DNA of 34,991 bases, taken from assembly GCA_016176685.1 (NCBI GenBank), contig JACOWS010000005.1, forward strand, positions 1 through 34,991. The letters are read 5' to 3'. A program made the translations under genes and the position numbers. Source of the stretch: Patescibacteria group bacterium (GTDB lineage Bacteria > Patescibacteriota > Minisyncoccia > Phycocordibacterales > SBAW01). This document shows positions 32,093 to 34,991 of the stretch, one piece after another (the stretch's first letter is position 1; each line of letters opens with the position of its first letter). Under the pieces are notes generated by a model. That model saw nothing but the letters and a program-made list of their open reading frames with translations. It did not search any database and was not told where the DNA came from.

Positions 32093-32117
32093 ATCATAGA
32101 GGCGACGCCTCTATGAT
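32093..32117. repeat. 25-bp REP-like palindrome, copy 2
   Basis: ATCATAGAGGCG-A-CGCCTCTATGAT. Confidence 0.85.
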
Positions 32118-32212
32118 GCGGTGGGATGGCAAATGACAATTTGACAGTAGACGCTGCGGTCGCTAAGGTGGCCGCAGCGTTCTTGTTAAGTGTTAGGTAA
32201 TGGAGATCGGCG

Positions 32213-32524
32213 ATGAAACATCTCACGCTCCGGTGTGCAGGACGGAATTGTTGCACATTGGAGAAGTTATTTTGCCCCAAACCTGGGGAAGTGGTGGACA
32301 CCCAGTGCGGACCGCTGGAAATCTACCGCCAAACGAAAGCGCATTATCTGCGCTTACAATATGGCAATCAGCCGCGCAAGGTGGAATGGTATCTTGCGGG
32401 GGAACTCGGCGGCGAGACAGTCGAGATTACTCTGGTGTGTGCCAGGGTCGTCCGCGCCAAGCCACCCACCCATGCAAGAATGGGCGAGGCGGGTTTCCAC
32501 CCTATCAGTACTGAAGACGACTAA
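32213..32524 (+). CDS. Hypothetical protein (103 aa) between rpsG and fusA
   Basis: GGAG-6 nt-ATG; stop immediately followed by a terminator. Confidence 0.55.
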   Translation: MKHLTLRCAGRNCCTLEKLFCPKPGEVVDTQCGPLEIYRQTKAHYLRLQYGNQPRKVEWYLAGELGGETVEITLVCARVVRAKPPTHARMGEAGFHPISTEDD

Positions 32525-32564
32525 CCCGCCGCGCCGTAGTACGCGCGGCGGGCTTTGCTTTTTT
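32525..32564 (+). terminator. Intrinsic terminator before fusA
   Basis: CCCGCCGCGC...GCGCGGCGGG followed by CTTTGCTTTTTT. Confidence 0.7.
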
Positions 32565-32611
32565 CCTGTTTTCCGCTAGTATAGGGGGACGCCGTAGGGC
32601 GTCTATTTTTT

Positions 32612-34765
32612 ATGGCAGAGACACGAGACTACCCGCTGGAGAAGATACGTAACTTCGGCATTATCGCGCACATTGATGCGGGAAAAACCACCACGTCCGA
32701 GCGCGTGCTCTTCTACACCGGCAGCCAACACAAGATAGGCGAGGTACACGAGGGTGAGACCACCACCGACTGGATGGAGCAGGAGCGCGAGCGCGGCATC
32801 ACCATCACCGCCGCGGCCATCACCTGTTTTTGGACCAAAACGGACGAACCCGACAAAATAGACAAGAGCAAAAAGTACCGCTTTAACATCATCGACACGC
32901 CGGGGCACATCGACTTTACCGCCGAGGTAAAACGTTCGATGCGGGTATTGGACGGCGCCATTGTCGTGTTTGACGGTGTGGCCGGGGTAGAGCCGCAGAG
33001 CGAGACCAACTGGCGCTACGCCGACGAGGCGCAGGTGCCGCGCATTTGCTTTATCAACAAGCTCGACCGCATGGGCGCCTCTTTTGAAAAGTCGTTTCAA
33101 TCAATCATCGACCGTTTGAGCAAAAGCGCCGTGCGCATGCAGCTCCCTATTGGCGCTGAAGAGCACTTTGAAGGTGTTATAGACCTACTAACCATGAAGG
33201 CCTACAAGTTTGAAGGAAACATGGGCGAGCAAGTGGTTGCAATGGAGATACCGGCAGAGTATGCAAGCGATGCCGCCAAATACCGCGCACAGCTGATAGA
33301 GAAAATAGTCGAGCACGATGATGCACTCATGACCGCATACCTCGACGGCAAAGAGCCCTCGGTAGAAGACCTCAAAAAGACCCTGCGCCATACGGTCATC
33401 AACAACAAAATCTTCCCCGTCTACACGGGCTCGGCGCTCAAAAACAAGGGCGTACAGCTGGTATTGGACGCCGTGGTGGACTACCTGCCCTCGCCGCTTG
33501 ATTTAGTAGCGGTCAAAGGTATCAACCCCAAAACGGGCGAGGAGGTAGAGCGCCATGCCTCCGACGAAGAGCCTTTTTGCGCGCTCGCCTTCAAACTCCA
33601 GTCCGACCCGTTTGTGGGGCAGCTTACCTTCTTCCGCGTGTACTCCGGCACCATAGAGGCGGGCTCATATTTATATAACTCAACCACCGGCTCCCGCGAG
33701 CGCCTGGGGCGCATTGTGCGGCTCCAGGCCGACAAACGCGAGGAGGTAAAGAAAGTTTTTGCCGGCGAAATTGCCGCGGCCGTGGGGCTCAAAGACACCC
33801 GCACCTCGCATACCCTATGCGACGAGGCAAACCCAATAATACTCGAGCAAATCAAGTTCCCCGAGCCGGTTATTTCCATGCGCATCGAGCCAAAGACCAA
33901 GCAAGACCAGGAAAAGATGGGTATAGCGCTTAAAAAACTCTCCGACGAGGACCCGACCTTTAAGGTAACCACCGACCCGGAGACCATGGAAACCTTGATT
34001 GCCGGCATGGGCGAGCTCCACCTGGAAATTCTTGTCGACCGGATGAAGCGCGAGTTTAGCGTCGAGGCAAATGTGGGGCGGCCGCAGGTTGCCTACCGCG
34101 AAACTATCCAAAAGCAGTCCGAGGCGGAAGGGAAGTATATTAAGCAAACGGGCGGCCGCGGCCAGTACGGCCATGTGCGCTTGCGCCTGAAGCCCTTGGA
34201 GCCGGTAGTTGAGGGCAAAAAAATCTCCAAAAACACCACGCGCGAGGAGCACTTCGAGTTTATCAACAACATCAAGGGCGGGGTGGTGCCGCAGGAGTTT
34301 ATCCCCGCGGTGGAAAAAGGCGTGCGCGAGGCGATGGAGCGCGGCATTGTCGCGGGCTACAAAATGGTAGACATCTCTTGCGAGCTCTACGACGGCTCTT
34401 ATCACGATGTGGACTCCTCCGAAATCGCCTTCAAAATCGCGGCGTCTATGGGCTTTCAAGACGCGGCCAAGGCGGCCGGCCCGGTGTTGCTCGAACCTAT
34501 TATGAAGGTAGAGGTGGTGGTGCCGGAGAAGTTTATGGGCGACATCACGGGCTCTTTAAACGGCAAACGCGGCGCTATAGAAGGTATAGACGAGCGCGGG
34601 CTTGCACGGGCTATACGCGCCACCGTGCCGCTTTCGGAAATGTTTGGCTACACCACCCAACTGCGCTCGATGACCGAGGGTCGCGCCTCTTTTACTATGG
34701 AGTTTGACCACTACCAGGTAGTGCCGCCGCAGGTGGCGCAAACTATCATCGCCGCGAGAAAATAA
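32612..34765 (+). CDS. fusA: Elongation factor G
   Basis: [47 protein letters not shown]. Confidence 0.98.
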   Translation: MAETRDYPLEKIRNFGIIAHIDAGKTTTSERVLFYTGSQHKIGEVHEGETTTDWMEQERERGITITAAAITCFWTKTDEPDKIDKSKKYRFNIIDTPGHIDFTAEVKRSMRVLDGAIVVFDGVAGVEPQSETNWRYADEAQVPRICFINKLDRMGASFEKSFQSIIDRLSKSAVRMQLPIGAEEHFEGVIDLLTMKAYKFEGNMGEQVVAMEIPAEYASDAAKYRAQLIEKIVEHDDALMTAYLDGKEPSVEDLKKTLRHTVINNKIFPVYTGSALKNKGVQLVLDAVVDYLPSPLDLVAVKGINPKTGEEVERHASDEEPFCALAFKLQSDPFVGQLTFFRVYSGTIEAGSYLYNSTTGSRERLGRIVRLQADKREEVKKVFAGEIAAAVGLKDTRTSHTLCDEANPIILEQIKFPEPVISMRIEPKTKQDQEKMGIALKKLSDEDPTFKVTTDPETMETLIAGMGELHLEILVDRMKREFSVEANVGRPQVAYRETIQKQSEAEGKYIKQTGGRGQYGHVRLRLKPLEPVVEGKKISKNTTREEHFEFINNIKGGVVPQEFIPAVEKGVREAMERGIVAGYKMVDISCELYDGSYHDVDSSEIAFKIAASMGFQDAAKAAGPVLLEPIMKVEVVVPEKFMGDITGSLNGKRGAIEGIDERGLARAIRATVPLSEMFGYTTQLRSMTEGRASFTMEFDHYQVVPPQVAQTIIAARK

Positions 34766-34814
34766 TTTTGTTGATAACGCGCCGCCTGCCGCTTTTTTGC
34801 TATATACTGGAGCC

Positions 34815-34991
34815 ATGGAGTTTGATGCTACCAAGTACGCGGCGCTTGCCTTCGCGGGGGTGCTGTTTGTGGCGGTCGGTTTTTTTGGATTTATCTTTTT
34901 ATACAACGCCCCAGCACCGGAAGAAAAACAGTCTGCTCCAACCCAAAAGGAATTTACTCCTGAAGAAAAGCAGGCGATACTCGAGGACTTA
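34815..34991 (+). CDS. Hypothetical membrane-anchored protein, runs off the window edge
   Basis: TATACT-6 nt-ATG; MEFDATKYAALAFAGVLFVAVGFFGFIFLY... Confidence 0.6.
   Translation, partial: MEFDATKYAALAFAGVLFVAVGFFGFIFLYNAPAPEEKQSAPTQKEFTPEEKQAILEDL

Noticed and set aside
32612-34765. Short extra segments in EF-G ([10 protein letters not shown]; [15 protein letters not shown]) as palindromic insertions
   Set aside because: No inverted repeat in the underlying DNA; probably ordinary lineage-specific loops

Overview
Housekeeping-rich window, most likely from a Patescibacteria/CPR (Parcubacteria-like) genome. This is inferred from the FKBP-less trigger factor, the split ComEC, a PaaX/Cas2-like regulator and apparent leaderless initiation. 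Core genes are xth, cca, yraN, a SAM methyltransferase, an S1 protease, hup, rny, clpP, tig, ppa, nusA, a degenerate PilB-like ATPase, tpiA, pgk, a HIT protein, recJ, rnhA, comEC, a SOD, rpmB, a site-2 protease and rpsL-rpsG-fusA. There are four tRNAs, none with an encoded CCA. Accessory parts are a 2429-bp IS1595-family element (24-bp TIRs, 8-bp TSD, internally deleted transposase, six passenger ORFs), a two-gene islet after tRNA-Gly and a RelE/RHH toxin-antitoxin pair. Three signals stand out. (1) A 2.6-kb unit (about 18.0-20.7 kb) in which four small ORFs are each followed by a predicted H-type pseudoknot, within hairpin-dense non-coding RNA. (2) Several families of small hairpins with a conserved core but locus-specific arms, found in frame in proteins (ETEPPAKRVIGS in both the methyltransferase and RecJ), on tRNA 5' ends, and between -10 boxes and start codons. 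(3) A PaaX/Cas2-like gene bracketed by identical 17-bp repeats inside different stems. All structures and homologies were read by eye; no folding or database search was run.
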